Positions 29,668 to 38,181 of a stretch of 64,000 nucleotides of DNA are shown here, in pieces; within the stretch, counting starts at the first letter, position 1; every line of letters starts with the position of its first letter. The position numbers and the translations under genes were made by a program. Origin of the DNA: an uncultured Candidatus Saccharibacteria bacterium. GTDB lineage: Bacteria; Patescibacteriota; Doudnabacteria; UBA920. The stretch lies in contig CAZQMO010000001.1 in assembly GCA_964594755.1 (NCBI GenBank), forward strand, positions 68,838 through 132,837. The letters are read 5' to 3'. The notes below the pieces were generated by a model. It did not search any database. It worked only from the letters and a program-made list of their open reading frames with translations, and was not told the origin of the DNA.

Positions 29668-29690
29668 CAAAAAACCGCCTGTTCGGCGAT
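29668..29690 (-). terminator. Terminator after tRNA-Trp (- strand)
   Basis: On the - strand: cgcc-gaacag-gcgg followed by TTTTTTG. Confidence 0.55.
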
Positions 29691-29696
29691 TTTTTA

Positions 29697-29770
29697 TGGC
29701 ACGGGCTGTAGGAATCGAACCTACGCAAGCGGTTTTGGAGACCGCTGTACTACCATTATACGAAGCCCGC
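29697..29770 (-). tRNA. tRNA-Trp (anticodon CCA)
   Basis: Reverse complement GCGGGCTTCGTATAATGGTAGTACAGCGGTCTCCAAAACCGCTTGCGTAGGTTCGATTCCTACAGCCCGTGCCA forms a cloverleaf with anticodon loop CTCCAAA and an encoded CCA. Confidence 0.9.
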
Positions 29771-29833
29771 AAAGCTTACTGCTCCATATTATATCAAACC
29801 CCGCTAATCCGCCGACTGGCAGAGCGGGGTTGA

Positions 29834-29989
29834 TTACTTAGTTTCTTTGTGTGCAGTTTGTTTGCGGCAGTGCTTACAATACTTTTTAATTTCAAGACGA
29901 GCTTGGGTATTCTTCTTGTTCTTTGTAGTATTGTAATTAATATTGCGGCACTCTGTGCATTCAAGCTGTATACGGTGATCTTGTGACAT
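29834..29989 (-). CDS. rpmG: 50S ribosomal protein L33
   Basis: 51 aa [51 protein letters not shown] with the L33 C4 zinc-ribbon signature. Missed by the ORF track because it is under 60 aa. Confidence 0.9.
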   Translation of the reverse strand: MSQDHRIQLECTECRNINYNTTKNKKNTQARLEIKKYCKHCRKQTAHKETK

Positions 29990-30136
29990 AATAATTTTTT
30001 ACTAATGGGGCACCCCGCAACACTTGGGCTCGAGCAGAGCGAGAGTTAAGTGTTGTGGGGAAAGGGACAACATCCTGCAAGCTGCAGTGACTTCGACAGC
30101 GTCGGAGGCACGTAAGCCGGAGGGATGATTGGCCCG

Positions 30137-30213
30137 TGGAGCCGGCTGTCGGATTCGAACCGACGACCTACGGTTTACAAAACCGTTGCTCTAACCAGCT
30201 GAGCTAAGCCGGC
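30137..30213 (-). tRNA. tRNA-Thr (anticodon TGT)
   Basis: Reverse complement GCCGGCTTAGCTCAGCTGGTTAGAGCAACGGTTTTGTAAACCGTAGGTCGTCGGTTCGAATCCGACAGCCGGCTCCA with anticodon loop TTTGTAA. Confidence 0.9.
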
Positions 30214-30466
30214 CGAAATTACAGCCAAATATAACTTTCAAAGTTTAACACAAACCCTTGCAAAAGTCCAGTCTCCAGTTTATACTACTAATGCATACAG
30301 CATTTACACAATCCCAACGAGGATATAAGGGGAATCCGATTTTACCACCCTATAAAAACAGGGTGAGTCGGCCCATTATTATAAAAGAAAGCACGAAATA
30401 TGGCTTTTTTTATTTGCTTATTGACCACCACTTTGATACCTTAATTTAGCTAAAGTAGGAGGAAAT

Positions 30467-30964
30467 ATGACAGAACACCGCGAAGACACTGTAGGATCAT
30501 CTATTAAAAAATATCTAGGGCTGGCTACCATTCGACGATCCACTGACAAAGAACGCAACGATACCAAGCTCCACAATGAGAAAGCTGAACCCAACGTTCC
30601 GCGTATCTCCGTTCCGCTAATCGGAATAGAATATTTCTGCCGTTGGTGCCAAAAGATGACCTTGGCAACACTATACGACCCGTGGTCATACAACGCTCAT
30701 GCAAATTGCACCCATTGCTATGCACGAGCAGATTTCATGCCGAACGGCATAAACTACGGCCTAAGTCTTGCGCAATTATGTATCCTCGCCGAAGCTGCCA
30801 GAAAAAGGCATTCAAACTGGCTGAGGATAAAAGCGGCCATGCTGAGTTACGCCCTCTTTGGCATACCAGCAGATCTAATTCCGGCAGATCGTGAAGGCAT
30901 GACTCTCGGCGAAGTTGAAACAAGATATTTCTTCGCTCTTTCACATTTCATCATGTCAGAATAA
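30467..30964 (+). CDS. Hypothetical zinc-ribbon protein (165 aa; CRWC...CTHC), orphan gene inside the tRNA cluster
   Basis: Perfect RBS AGGAGG 6 nt before the ATG. Two CxxC pairs and a local GC about 47-48%, above the flanking sequence. An intrinsic terminator follows. Confidence 0.6.
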   Translation: MTEHREDTVGSSIKKYLGLATIRRSTDKERNDTKLHNEKAEPNVPRISVPLIGIEYFCRWCQKMTLATLYDPWSYNAHANCTHCYARADFMPNGINYGLSLAQLCILAEAARKRHSNWLRIKAAMLSYALFGIPADLIPADREGMTLGEVETRYFFALSHFIMSE

Positions 30965-30969
30965 CGACA

Positions 30970-31000
30970 TCAGCACTCCAACGGGAGTGCTTTTTTCTCA
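30970..31000 (+). terminator. Rho-independent terminator (agcactcc-aacg-ggagtgct TTTTTT)
   Basis: 8-bp stem plus a T-run directly after the 30964 stop. A second perfect 13-bp palindrome (aaaatgacatctc-gtct-gagatgtcatttt) follows at 31014-31044. Confidence 0.75.
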
Positions 31001-31045
31001 TCCGCTTCAAACATAAAATGACATCTCGTCTGAGATGTCATTTTA

Positions 31046-31131
31046 TGGTGGGCCGAGCAGGATTCGAACCTGCGAAGGCGAAAGCCAGCAGATTTACAGT
31101 CTGCCCTCGTTGACCGCTTGAGTATCGACCC
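31046..31131 (-). tRNA. tRNA-Tyr (anticodon GTA), long variable arm
   Basis: Reverse complement GGGTCGATACTCAAGCGGTCAACGAGGGCAGACTGTAAATCTGCTGGCTTTCGCCTTCGCAGGTTCGAATCCTGCTCGGCCCACCA. Confidence 0.88.
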
Positions 31132-31132
31132 G

Positions 31133-31208
31133 TGGAGCCGTTGTGCGGGATTGAACCGCAGACCTTCTCCTTACCATGGAGATGCTCTACCAACTGAGCT
31201 ACAACGGC
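31133..31208 (-). tRNA. tRNA-Thr (anticodon GGT)
   Basis: Reverse complement GCCGTTGTAGCTCAGTTGGTAGAGCATCTCCATGGTAAGGAGAAGGTCTGCGGTTCAATCCCGCACAACGGCTCCA. It is 1 nt from tRNA-Tyr. Confidence 0.88.
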
Positions 31209-31247
31209 ACGTCCAAGTCTGGATGTGGTACTGAATACCCAGATAGT

Positions 31248-32006
31248 TTAACTGTTTTGATGAATATTTTCAAGAGGCACAGTGGTCTTGGCTTTGTTCT
31301 CCAGTTCAAAGCGAAGGTCTTGATACTTACGATTACCTGGCTCCAAATGAAGAGCCTTGTCCAATGATTCAACTGCTGCGGCGTACTTCTTTAAGCCTTG
31401 TTGTGCTAACGCTAAATTATAAAATCGACTTGGACTAGTTGGGTCTAACTTTACAGCTTTAGTGTATGCTTCCTCTGCACGTTTATGTTCTTGCAAATAC
31501 AATGAAGCTAAGCCGAGACGAACCCAAAAGATAGCTTCAGTTGGTGCATGATTAACCAAGTAATCATAAACACTCACCGCGTCATGCATCTTCTTTTGCT
31601 CCAAATAATACTGACCTAGCATATCGTAATAAGAATTATCTTTGGGATTACGCTTAATTAGGTCAATGTAATACTTTTCATTCTTAACTAATGCCGGTTG
31701 AGTATCAACATTATCCCCTGCTTGAAAGATCCTCTGGAATTGATAACTGATTTTTGGAGATTGCTTTAACCCTTTGGCTTCCAAAACAAAATGCCAAAGT
31801 TTATGTTTGAGTAATTTAAAGAAACCCAAACTCTTAGAATAGGCACGGGCCGGTAACCCTTTGGCCAATAAAGCCTCACTAGCTGGTACGCCACTAGAAG
31901 CTTCTTTGCGTGCTGTATGTTGTTTTTGATCGCGAGTAGCCTGGGGTAAATGTCGCAACACCATCAGGATGACCCCGAGGGCTGAGAGCACAAATGTAAT
32001 GTTCAT
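31248..32006 (-). CDS. TPR-repeat protein with N-terminal membrane anchor
   Basis: N-terminal hydrophobic helix, then several 34-aa TPR-like repeats (AEEAYTKAVKLDP..., YNLALAQQGLKKYAAAVESLDKAL). The track ORF begins with GTG at 32024; ATG at 32006 is the likelier start. Confidence 0.6.
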   Translation of the reverse strand: MNITFVLSALGVILMVLRHLPQATRDQKQHTARKEASSGVPASEALLAKGLPARAYSKSLGFFKLLKHKLWHFVLEAKGLKQSPKISYQFQRIFQAGDNVDTQPALVKNEKYYIDLIKRNPKDNSYYDMLGQYYLEQKKMHDAVSVYDYLVNHAPTEAIFWVRLGLASLYLQEHKRAEEAYTKAVKLDPTSPSRFYNLALAQQGLKKYAAAVESLDKALHLEPGNRKYQDLRFELENKAKTTVPLENIHQNS

Positions 32007-32069
32007 TATAGTGTTATACGGCACTGATATTTGTTTAAGTGGTTACTCGTGCGTATATTATAGCATTTT

Positions 32070-32100
32070 TCATAAAACAAAAAATCGCAAATTTTGCGAT
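32070..32100 (-). terminator. Terminator after tsf (- strand)
   Basis: On the - strand: aatcgcaaa-ttt-tgcgatt followed by TTTTTGTTTT. Confidence 0.6.
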
Positions 32101-32124
32101 TTCTTGTTGATAAATGTAGAAATT

Positions 32125-32706
32125 TTAGTTGCCGAGCATAAAGCGGGCAAAACGGCGAACTTGAATGTTCTCACCCATCTTCCCAGTTGCTTCACCGAGC
32201 AATTCCCCGATAGTCTGGTCAGGATTCTTTACATAAGGCTGGTTAAGCAAACAAACTTCTTCCAAATATTTATTTACTTTACCTTCAAGCAACTTTTCTA
32301 GAACATCTTCTGGCTTGTCACCGGCTTGTTCTTTGTAAATTTCCTTTTCTTTTTCGATTACTTCAGCAGGAACTTCTTCGCTTGAAATATATAATGGATT
32401 GCTTGCAGCGATATGCAAAGCAATTTCTTTAACTAGATTTTTGAAGTCATCAGTGCGGGCAACGAAGTCAGTTTCGCAGTTCACTTCTACCAAGACACCG
32501 ATTCGGCCTCCTGCGTGAATATAACTTTCTACTAAACCTTCGTTAGCAACCCGGTCAGCTTTTATAGCTTGCTTAGCCAATCCTTTTTTGCGAAGAACTT
32601 CGATAGCAGCATCTTTGTCGCCACCTGATTCTTCGAGAGCTTCTTTGACATCCATAATCCCAGCTCCGGTTTGTTCACGTAATTCTTTGATTAAATCGTT
32701 AGACAT
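32125..32706 (-). CDS. tsf: Elongation factor Ts (short form)
   Basis: N-terminal UBA-like LIKELREQTGAGIMDVKEALEE plus the EF-Ts core. Sits downstream of rpsB as in the conserved rpsB-tsf operon. Confidence 0.92.
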   Translation of the reverse strand: MSNDLIKELREQTGAGIMDVKEALEESGGDKDAAIEVLRKKGLAKQAIKADRVANEGLVESYIHAGGRIGVLVEVNCETDFVARTDDFKNLVKEIALHIAASNPLYISSEEVPAEVIEKEKEIYKEQAGDKPEDVLEKLLEGKVNKYLEEVCLLNQPYVKNPDQTIGELLGEATGKMGENIQVRRFARFMLGN

Positions 32707-32723
32707 AAAATTTTTGGTGTTAA

Positions 32724-33449
32724 TTATTCAGCAGAAGTAGCACTTTCTTGGGCTACTGGAGCAGCAGACTTATTAGCCTTGATTGCTTCGGCAATAGTCT
32801 TAGTAATCAATTCCACAGCGGCTGTAGCATCATCGTTAGCTGGAATTGGATATTTTACTAACCCGGGGTCAGTATTGGTATCAACAATCGCGATAACAGG
32901 AACTTTCATCTTACGTGCTTCGGTTAAAGCAATATCATCATGATGAATGTCAGCGATGAACACAGCTGCTGGAGTCTTCTTCATGTTCTTGATACCTTCG
33001 AACAACTTAGTCAGTTTTTCGATTTCGCGTTCGATCAGCAAGCGTTCTTTCTTAGTGTACTTTAATTCAAAGTCAGGAGAATCTTTGCGTTGCTGTAATT
33101 TTTCTAACTTGCGTACAGTCTTTTGAATAGTACGGAAGTTGGTGAAGGTACCACCGAGCCAACGCAGATTAACGTAAGGCATGCCGCAGTTTTCTGCTTG
33201 CTGCTTAACGATATCGCGAGCTTGGCGCTTGGTACCAACAAACAAAATGTTGTTACCTTGCTTAGCTAGATCAGCTGCAAAATCAGCTGCCTTAGCCAAA
33301 CCAGTGCGAGTTTTTTCCAAATCAATGATGTGGATGTTATTACGCACAGTAAAAATATACGGTTTCATCTTAGGATTCCACCGAGAGGTTTTGTGTCCAA
33401 AATGGGCACCGGATTTTAACAAATCCAAAAGACTAATTTCAGTCTTCAT
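32724..33449 (-). CDS. rpsB: 30S ribosomal protein S2
   Basis: LLKSGAHFGHKTSRWNPKM signature, 241 aa. Confidence 0.95.
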   Translation of the reverse strand: MKTEISLLDLLKSGAHFGHKTSRWNPKMKPYIFTVRNNIHIIDLEKTRTGLAKAADFAADLAKQGNNILFVGTKRQARDIVKQQAENCGMPYVNLRWLGGTFTNFRTIQKTVRKLEKLQQRKDSPDFELKYTKKERLLIEREIEKLTKLFEGIKNMKKTPAAVFIADIHHDDIALTEARKMKVPVIAIVDTNTDPGLVKYPIPANDDATAAVELITKTIAEAIKANKSAAPVAQESATSAE

Positions 33450-33742
33450 AAAATTTCTTACAGCTTTCTCGCTTGAGCCAAGTTCGAGGAAAAATCTGCG
33501 GATATTACGAATCGTACTGATGGTACGATGAGTAATAACGCAAAGATTTTGACAAAGAAATTGGCCAAGCCTTCGGCGAAGTTTGGTTGAAAGTCTGAAT
33601 TTACTTCAGACTAAAACCATACGAGCGAGAAAGCTGTAACCCTTTAGCTTCTATTTCGGTCATCAGCTTAAGCCAGTTGGCCAAAAGTGACAGGATTTAT
33701 CCGAAATATGTTTGATTAATTACCGCAATATTGTAGCAAGCC

Positions 33743-33771
33743 TTGACGAAATTGGCAAGTTCCCCTATAAT
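33743..33771 (+). promoter_or_regulatory. Consensus sigma-70 promoter for rpmE (TTGACG -17- TATAAT)
   Basis: ttgacg at 33743-48, a 17-nt spacer, tataat at 33766-71. Confidence 0.65.
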
Positions 33772-33840
33772 CACGAGGTATTTGCACTGCATTTTATTTA
33801 AATTTTCGCCAAAATTTAAACTTAATTTAATCTCAATTTT

Positions 33841-34101
33841 ATGAAAGACGGAATTCACCCAACTTACCACAACGATGTAAAAGTGACTTGTTCATGCGGG
33901 AATTCATTTGTAACTGGTTCTGTAATGGAATCAATTCAAACTGAAATCTGCAGCAACTGTCACCCATTTTACACTGGTAAGCAAAAGATTTTAGACACAA
34001 CCGGTAACGTTGACCGCTTTAAGAAGCGTCGCGAAGCTGCGGCAACTGCTGTTAAGAAAGAAAAGAAGCCTCGCAAGACCCGCGGAGCTAAGTCTGAGTA
34101 A
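33841..34101 (+). CDS. rpmE: 50S ribosomal protein L31 (zinc-ribbon type)
   Basis: [23 protein letters not shown]...[13 protein letters not shown] is the L31 signature with CxxC/CxxC. Confidence 0.93.
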   Translation: MKDGIHPTYHNDVKVTCSCGNSFVTGSVMESIQTEICSNCHPFYTGKQKILDTTGNVDRFKKRREAAATAVKKEKKPRKTRGAKSE

Positions 34102-34105
34102 TAAC

Positions 34106-34140
34106 AAACCACCCTTCAACAAGTCTGAGGGTGGTTTTTG
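34106..34140 (+). terminator. Rho-independent terminator after rpmE
   Basis: aaccaccct-caacaagtctg-agggtggtt followed by TTTTG. Confidence 0.75.
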
Positions 34141-34146
34141 ATATAT

Positions 34147-34275
34147 TCACCTTTTTTCCAGAATTCCCGCCAACCAACTAAGCACATGCACAAGGACTCC
34201 AATTAGAAAGGGGAAAAAGACCAGAAATAGCAGTAAGCTTATTCCGATGTAATGCTCGGTAACCCGATCTTCCAT
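34147..34275 (-). CDS. Small hydrophobic membrane peptide (42 aa, MEDRVTEHYIGISLLLFLVFFPFLIGVLVHVLSWLAGILEKR)
   Basis: Perfect SD AGGAGG 9 nt before the ATG and a single predicted TM helix. Under 60 aa, so absent from the ORF track. Confidence 0.4.
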   Translation of the reverse strand: MEDRVTEHYIGISLLLFLVFFPFLIGVLVHVLSWLAGILEKR

Positions 34276-34342
34276 TTCAGTGACCCTCCTTTAGTTTACT
34301 CACAGACTAACCAATTCTTGAGCAATTAGCAATACAACTTGT

Positions 34343-34385
34343 GCCAAAAAATTGACTGCTGGAAAATTCAGCAGTCTTATGATAA
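34343..34385 (-). terminator. Terminator after ORF 34390..34656 (- strand)
   Basis: On the - strand: gactgctg-aattttc-cagcagtc followed by AATTTTTT. Confidence 0.55.
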
Positions 34386-34389
34386 TAGA

Positions 34390-34656
34390 TCACTTCTTTA
34401 AATGTTCAGACCTTAGTTTTTCGGCTTGATCAGGTAGTGGTATGAGAGGATTGTTTACGAAAGTAAGTTTCCAATAAGCAACTGCCCGCCTTACTATCTG
34501 AGCGTGTGGCATACCTGTTTCTAGAGCCAATAACTTTACCACAAACTTGGTATCATCATCTATAAACTCTCCTGTACTTTTCTTGGGCAAAATTGATCTG
34601 ATGCTGGTAGAAAGATCACTAGCAATCTTTTGCTTTCTTTGTTTACGTCTAATCAT
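34390..34656 (-). CDS. Hypothetical small basic protein (88 aa)
   Basis: ORF with a basic N-terminus (MIRRKQRKQK) and a possible HTH-like core. It has its own terminator. Confidence 0.4.
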   Translation of the reverse strand: MIRRKQRKQKIASDLSTSIRSILPKKSTGEFIDDDTKFVVKLLALETGMPHAQIVRRAVAYWKLTFVNNPLIPLPDQAEKLRSEHLKK

Positions 34657-34751
34657 TTCATTGTCCTCCTCAAAATTAACACTATATTAACACCTAAACA
34701 TCAGATACACAACTTGCCAAAAACCAATAGAAACAATACAATTAGACAGTT

Positions 34752-35822
34752 ATGAACCCTGGATTTCAGAAAATCTTAGACGAATACAATCAGCTCACGG
34801 AGCAGCTCAGCTCCGGCGAGAATGTTGATATTGCCAAAATTGGTAAGCGTCAATCTCAATTACTGCCAACTGTAGAAAAAATCCAAGCCTTAGATAAATT
34901 AGAAAAGGATATTGAGGGCAACAAACAACTTCTTGGCAGTGATGATGAACAAATCCGCGGAATGGCAGCCGAAGAAATCGAAATGCAGGAAGCTCAAATT
35001 GTGGAATTAATAGAAAACATTGAAACTGATCTAATCCCTACTGATCCCAACGACGATAAAAATATTATTATTGAAATGCGCGCCGGGGCTGGTGGTGATG
35101 AATCAACTTTGTTTGCCGCCGAAATGTTCCGCTCCTATTCTAAATACGCGGAAACTCAAGGTTGGACTGTTCACATTGATTCTAACTCCAAAAGCGATGC
35201 CGGTGGGTTTAAAGAAATAATTTTTGAAGTTAATGCTAAACCAAGCGCGCAGGTTGCACCTTACGCCAAGTTCAAATATGAATCAGGTGTGCACCGAGTG
35301 CAGCGCGTTCCCGAAACCGAAAAGCAAGGCCGAGTTCACACCTCTACTATTACAGTCGCTGTGATGCCGCAGTTAGAAGAAAAAGATTTTGAAATTGATC
35401 CGAAAGATTTAAAGATTGAAGCCACTACTTCGCAAGGCGCGGGAGGGCAAAGCGTAAATACTACATATAGTGCCATTCGGGTAGTTCACATACCAACTGG
35501 TATTATGGCCACCTGTCAGGACGAACGCTCCCAATCCCAGAACAAAGAAAAGGCTTTAGCGGTAATTCGGGCCCGCGTTTCCGCTCATTACCAAGAAATC
35601 GAAGAAAAGAAAATCACGGATAGCAGGCGTAGCCAAATTGGCACTGGAGATCGCAGTGAAAAAATCCGCACCTATAACTTCCCTCAGGACAGGGTCACGG
35701 ATCATCGGATTAATCAAAACTTTAATCAAATCAATCTCATCATGGAAGGCCAAATTGAACCAATCATTTCTGCCTTAGAGAAAGCTGATCTTATACTTCG
35801 TAAAGAAGCAGCTACAAAATAA
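34752..35822 (+). CDS. prfA: Peptide chain release factor 1
   Basis: GGQ motif (AGGQSVNTT) and the RF1-type tripeptide region RVPETEKQGR, which reads PET rather than the usual PAT/PVT. Confidence 0.92.
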   Translation: MNPGFQKILDEYNQLTEQLSSGENVDIAKIGKRQSQLLPTVEKIQALDKLEKDIEGNKQLLGSDDEQIRGMAAEEIEMQEAQIVELIENIETDLIPTDPNDDKNIIIEMRAGAGGDESTLFAAEMFRSYSKYAETQGWTVHIDSNSKSDAGGFKEIIFEVNAKPSAQVAPYAKFKYESGVHRVQRVPETEKQGRVHTSTITVAVMPQLEEKDFEIDPKDLKIEATTSQGAGGQSVNTTYSAIRVVHIPTGIMATCQDERSQSQNKEKALAVIRARVSAHYQEIEEKKITDSRRSQIGTGDRSEKIRTYNFPQDRVTDHRINQNFNQINLIMEGQIEPIISALEKADLILRKEAATK

Positions 35823-36616
35823 TGACTATTCAGGAAGTTTTACGAAAATATCATCACCCTGAGACCGAATTACTCCTTGGCAATATCCTCAAACAGTCCA
35901 AGGAGTTTTTATATTTGCATCCAAACAAAAACCTCACCTCTAACCAACTCAAGAAATTCCAAACCTGGTATAAAAAACGGCAGCAAGACTATCCACTCGC
36001 CTATCTTCGCGGTTATAAAGAATTCTTTGGTCTCAACTTTAAAGTTAACAAGCACACCTTAATTCCCCGACCTGAAAGTGAATGGTTGATTCAAAAAGCC
36101 ATTTCTTTATTCAAAAATAAGTCTGTGAAGATTATTGAGATTGGCACAGGTTCAGGTTGTTTAGCTATTAGTCTTGCTAAGTATTTACCCAAAGCAAACA
36201 TCACTGCTGTTGATATTTCTCCCCAAGCCTTAATTATCGCAAAGCAAAACGCTGTGAATCACAAAGTCAAAATCAAGTACAAAAAACAAAGTCTGCTCAC
36301 TGGCGATAATTCCAAGTATGATTTAATAGTTGCCAATCTACCTTACGTCCCTAAATCAGACTATAAAAAGTTTTTTAATAATCTTCGGCACGAACCAAAA
36401 CTGGCATTAGTTGATTCCAACCAAGACATGGATTTATACCTCAGATTAATCGATCAATTTTCAAATAAGCTCACCAATAAAGGTGTGGTCTTGCTTGAAA
36501 TGGATCCCAGTTATACTAATCAGCTATCCAAAATCATCACGCTCACCTATCCTAATAAAACTATTCAAACGGTAAAAGATATCCACGGCCTCGACCGATT
36601 TCTCTACTTGCATTGA
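35822..36616 (+). CDS. prmC: Release factor glutamine N5-methyltransferase PrmC/HemK
   Basis: SAM motif IIEIGTGSGCLAI and catalytic N(L)PY motif VANLPYVP. Its start overlaps the prfA stop. Confidence 0.88.
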   Translation: MTIQEVLRKYHHPETELLLGNILKQSKEFLYLHPNKNLTSNQLKKFQTWYKKRQQDYPLAYLRGYKEFFGLNFKVNKHTLIPRPESEWLIQKAISLFKNKSVKIIEIGTGSGCLAISLAKYLPKANITAVDISPQALIIAKQNAVNHKVKIKYKKQSLLTGDNSKYDLIVANLPYVPKSDYKKFFNNLRHEPKLALVDSNQDMDLYLRLIDQFSNKLTNKGVVLLEMDPSYTNQLSKIITLTYPNKTIQTVKDIHGLDRFLYLH

Positions 36617-36674
36617 CTTAATTGGCTCTATTAGCTAAAATCCGGTCAGCGACATTTCGCAAAGGAGAGACAGA

Positions 36675-36866
36675 ATGAAAATTGTGTTGAAGTTACTTAT
36701 GGCTTTGGCAACCATCGCTGGTGTTCTGGCATTACTGATCGGTAAAGATTATGGCTATTCGCGTTGGTGGGCCGCAGGCCTACTCGCCCCTGTCGTGCTG
36801 TATACCCTCTATTCGGTATTCAGGAACAGCACAAAGCCACAAGAACGCTACCACATCACTGAGTAA
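36675..36866 (+). CDS. Small membrane protein (63 aa)
   Basis: RBS AAAGGAGAG, two hydrophobic helices, and a terminator downstream. Confidence 0.5.
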   Translation: MKIVLKLLMALATIAGVLALLIGKDYGYSRWWAAGLLAPVVLYTLYSVFRNSTKPQERYHITE

Positions 36867-36885
36867 TCGGAAACTCATGTATAAA

Positions 36886-36919
36886 AAAGCCGCTTGGATT
36901 CCCAGGCGGCTTTTTATAT
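36886..36919. terminator. Bidirectional terminator (aagccgc-ttggattcccagg-gcggctt)
   Basis: Stem followed by T-rich runs on both strands, between the convergent small ORF and rplY. Confidence 0.6.
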
Positions 36920-37600
36920 TTATTCAGATTTATCTTCAGATTTTTCTTCACCCTCAGTGGCTTGTTCCTCACCAGCTTCTGGTCCGACTGCAGCAGCTAC
37001 TGCAGCAGCTTCATCGACTTGTTCGGCAAGCTCTGCTTCCATATCACGAGGTTCTTGAACTTTAGCAACAGCTTCCTCGGCTTCAGCTTTGATTTCAACT
37101 TTATCATCACGAGGAATATCCGCAACAGTTAATACGTCGTCAAAGCTTGTTAATTTGGAAATATCTACTTCAAAATGTTGTGGTAAGTCTGCTGGTAAAC
37201 ATTCAACTTCAACTTCTGAAAGAATCTTTACTAATGTACCACCCAAAGCTTTTACAGCATGAGATTCACCGATAAATTCGATAGGTACAGTGGCGGTTAA
37301 CTTTTCTGTCATAGAAACTTCAAAAAAATCAACATGGATTGGCTGACTGTTTAAATAGTGGTATTGCACGTCTTGAATAAGAACGTTCTTCTTGCCACCA
37401 TCAGCCATATCGAGCTCAATGATTGTACTTTCACCTGCTTTACGAAGAACCTTTTCAAATTCAATCGCATTTACGCTCAAGTGTGAGTTACCAGCATTGT
37501 GTCCGTAAAGCTCGGCTGGAATCAAACCTGCTTTACGCAAATTCTTACCATCACGGCCTACTAGCTCCCGGGATTCAGTTTTCAAATTAATTTTTTCCAT
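36920..37600 (-). CDS. rplY: 50S ribosomal protein L25 / general stress protein Ctc, with acidic C-terminal tail
   Basis: N-terminal L25 beta-barrel (LKTESRELVGRDGKNLRKAGLIPAELYG), a Ctc-type C-domain and a glutamate-rich tail. Confidence 0.88.
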   Translation of the reverse strand: MEKINLKTESRELVGRDGKNLRKAGLIPAELYGHNAGNSHLSVNAIEFEKVLRKAGESTIIELDMADGGKKNVLIQDVQYHYLNSQPIHVDFFEVSMTEKLTATVPIEFIGESHAVKALGGTLVKILSEVEVECLPADLPQHFEVDISKLTSFDDVLTVADIPRDDKVEIKAEAEEAVAKVQEPRDMEAELAEQVDEAAAVAAAVGPEAGEEQATEGEEKSEDKSE

Positions 37601-37739
37601 AAAAATAATTTATATTTAGACCCCCGCTTTTACAGGGACGACCATTTGCACTCAAAAGGCCAATTTATACTCAAAAATTATACAAGAAACTCCGAATTTT
37701 GGCAAGAGCCTTTACAAAAGAAATCTCTCAAACAAAAAA

Positions 37740-37768
37740 GGCCGGCAATGCCGGCCAAATGCTTTGAT
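37740..37768 (-). terminator. Terminator after zinc-ribbon ORF (- strand)
   Basis: On the - strand: ggccggc-att-gccggcc followed by TTTTTTG. Confidence 0.7.
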
Positions 37769-38137
37769 TTACTTAGTTTTAATGGCTTTTACGAAGTCGC
37801 CATCGAACTTCTGAATAGTCTCATGGATTTTAATACAATCTTCCAACCCCAATGCTGGGAGCTGGCTAAAGCGACTACTATCTTTTTTAGTAAGATCAGT
37901 CTTGGCAATGACCGTGAAGATATCTGGGCCACTGATATCGATATTAAACATCACTGAACTTTTGCAACTGTCACAGTCGGAATGAATCAAAAGATGGGCT
38001 TCGGCTAGTTCATCTTCCTGTTGGCTATCAAGTACTCTGATGTTAGAAATCTGATACTTTGTACTGCAGACTGGGCACTGAAGCATAAAACCTAGCCAGT
38101 TGAGCACCTTTTTGATATCGTATTTTTTCATATTCAC
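37769..38137 (-). CDS. Hypothetical zinc-ribbon protein (122 aa; CPVC...CDSC)
   Basis: ORF immediately downstream of ftsW, with two Cys pairs, a weak SD and its own terminator. Confidence 0.5.
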   Translation of the reverse strand: MNMKKYDIKKVLNWLGFMLQCPVCSTKYQISNIRVLDSQQEDELAEAHLLIHSDCDSCKSSVMFNIDISGPDIFTVIAKTDLTKKDSSRFSQLPALGLEDCIKIHETIQKFDGDFVKAIKTK

Positions 38138-38181
38138 CTTTCACAATTACTTTAGCACAATTTTACCTGGTCAGAAAGACT

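Noticed and set aside
30258-30944. Track ORFs 30258..30449, 30418..30693(-), 30525..30725(-), 30643..30894(+), 30735..30944(-)
   Set aside because: They overlap the SD-initiated 30467..30964 gene in alternative frames or strands, or lie in the tRNA promoter region. Elevated GC explains the open frames.
33181-33531. ORF 33181..33531 (+) antisense to the rpsB start
   Set aside because: It overlaps the rpsB N-terminus and leader, has no RBS, and is a low-complexity translation.
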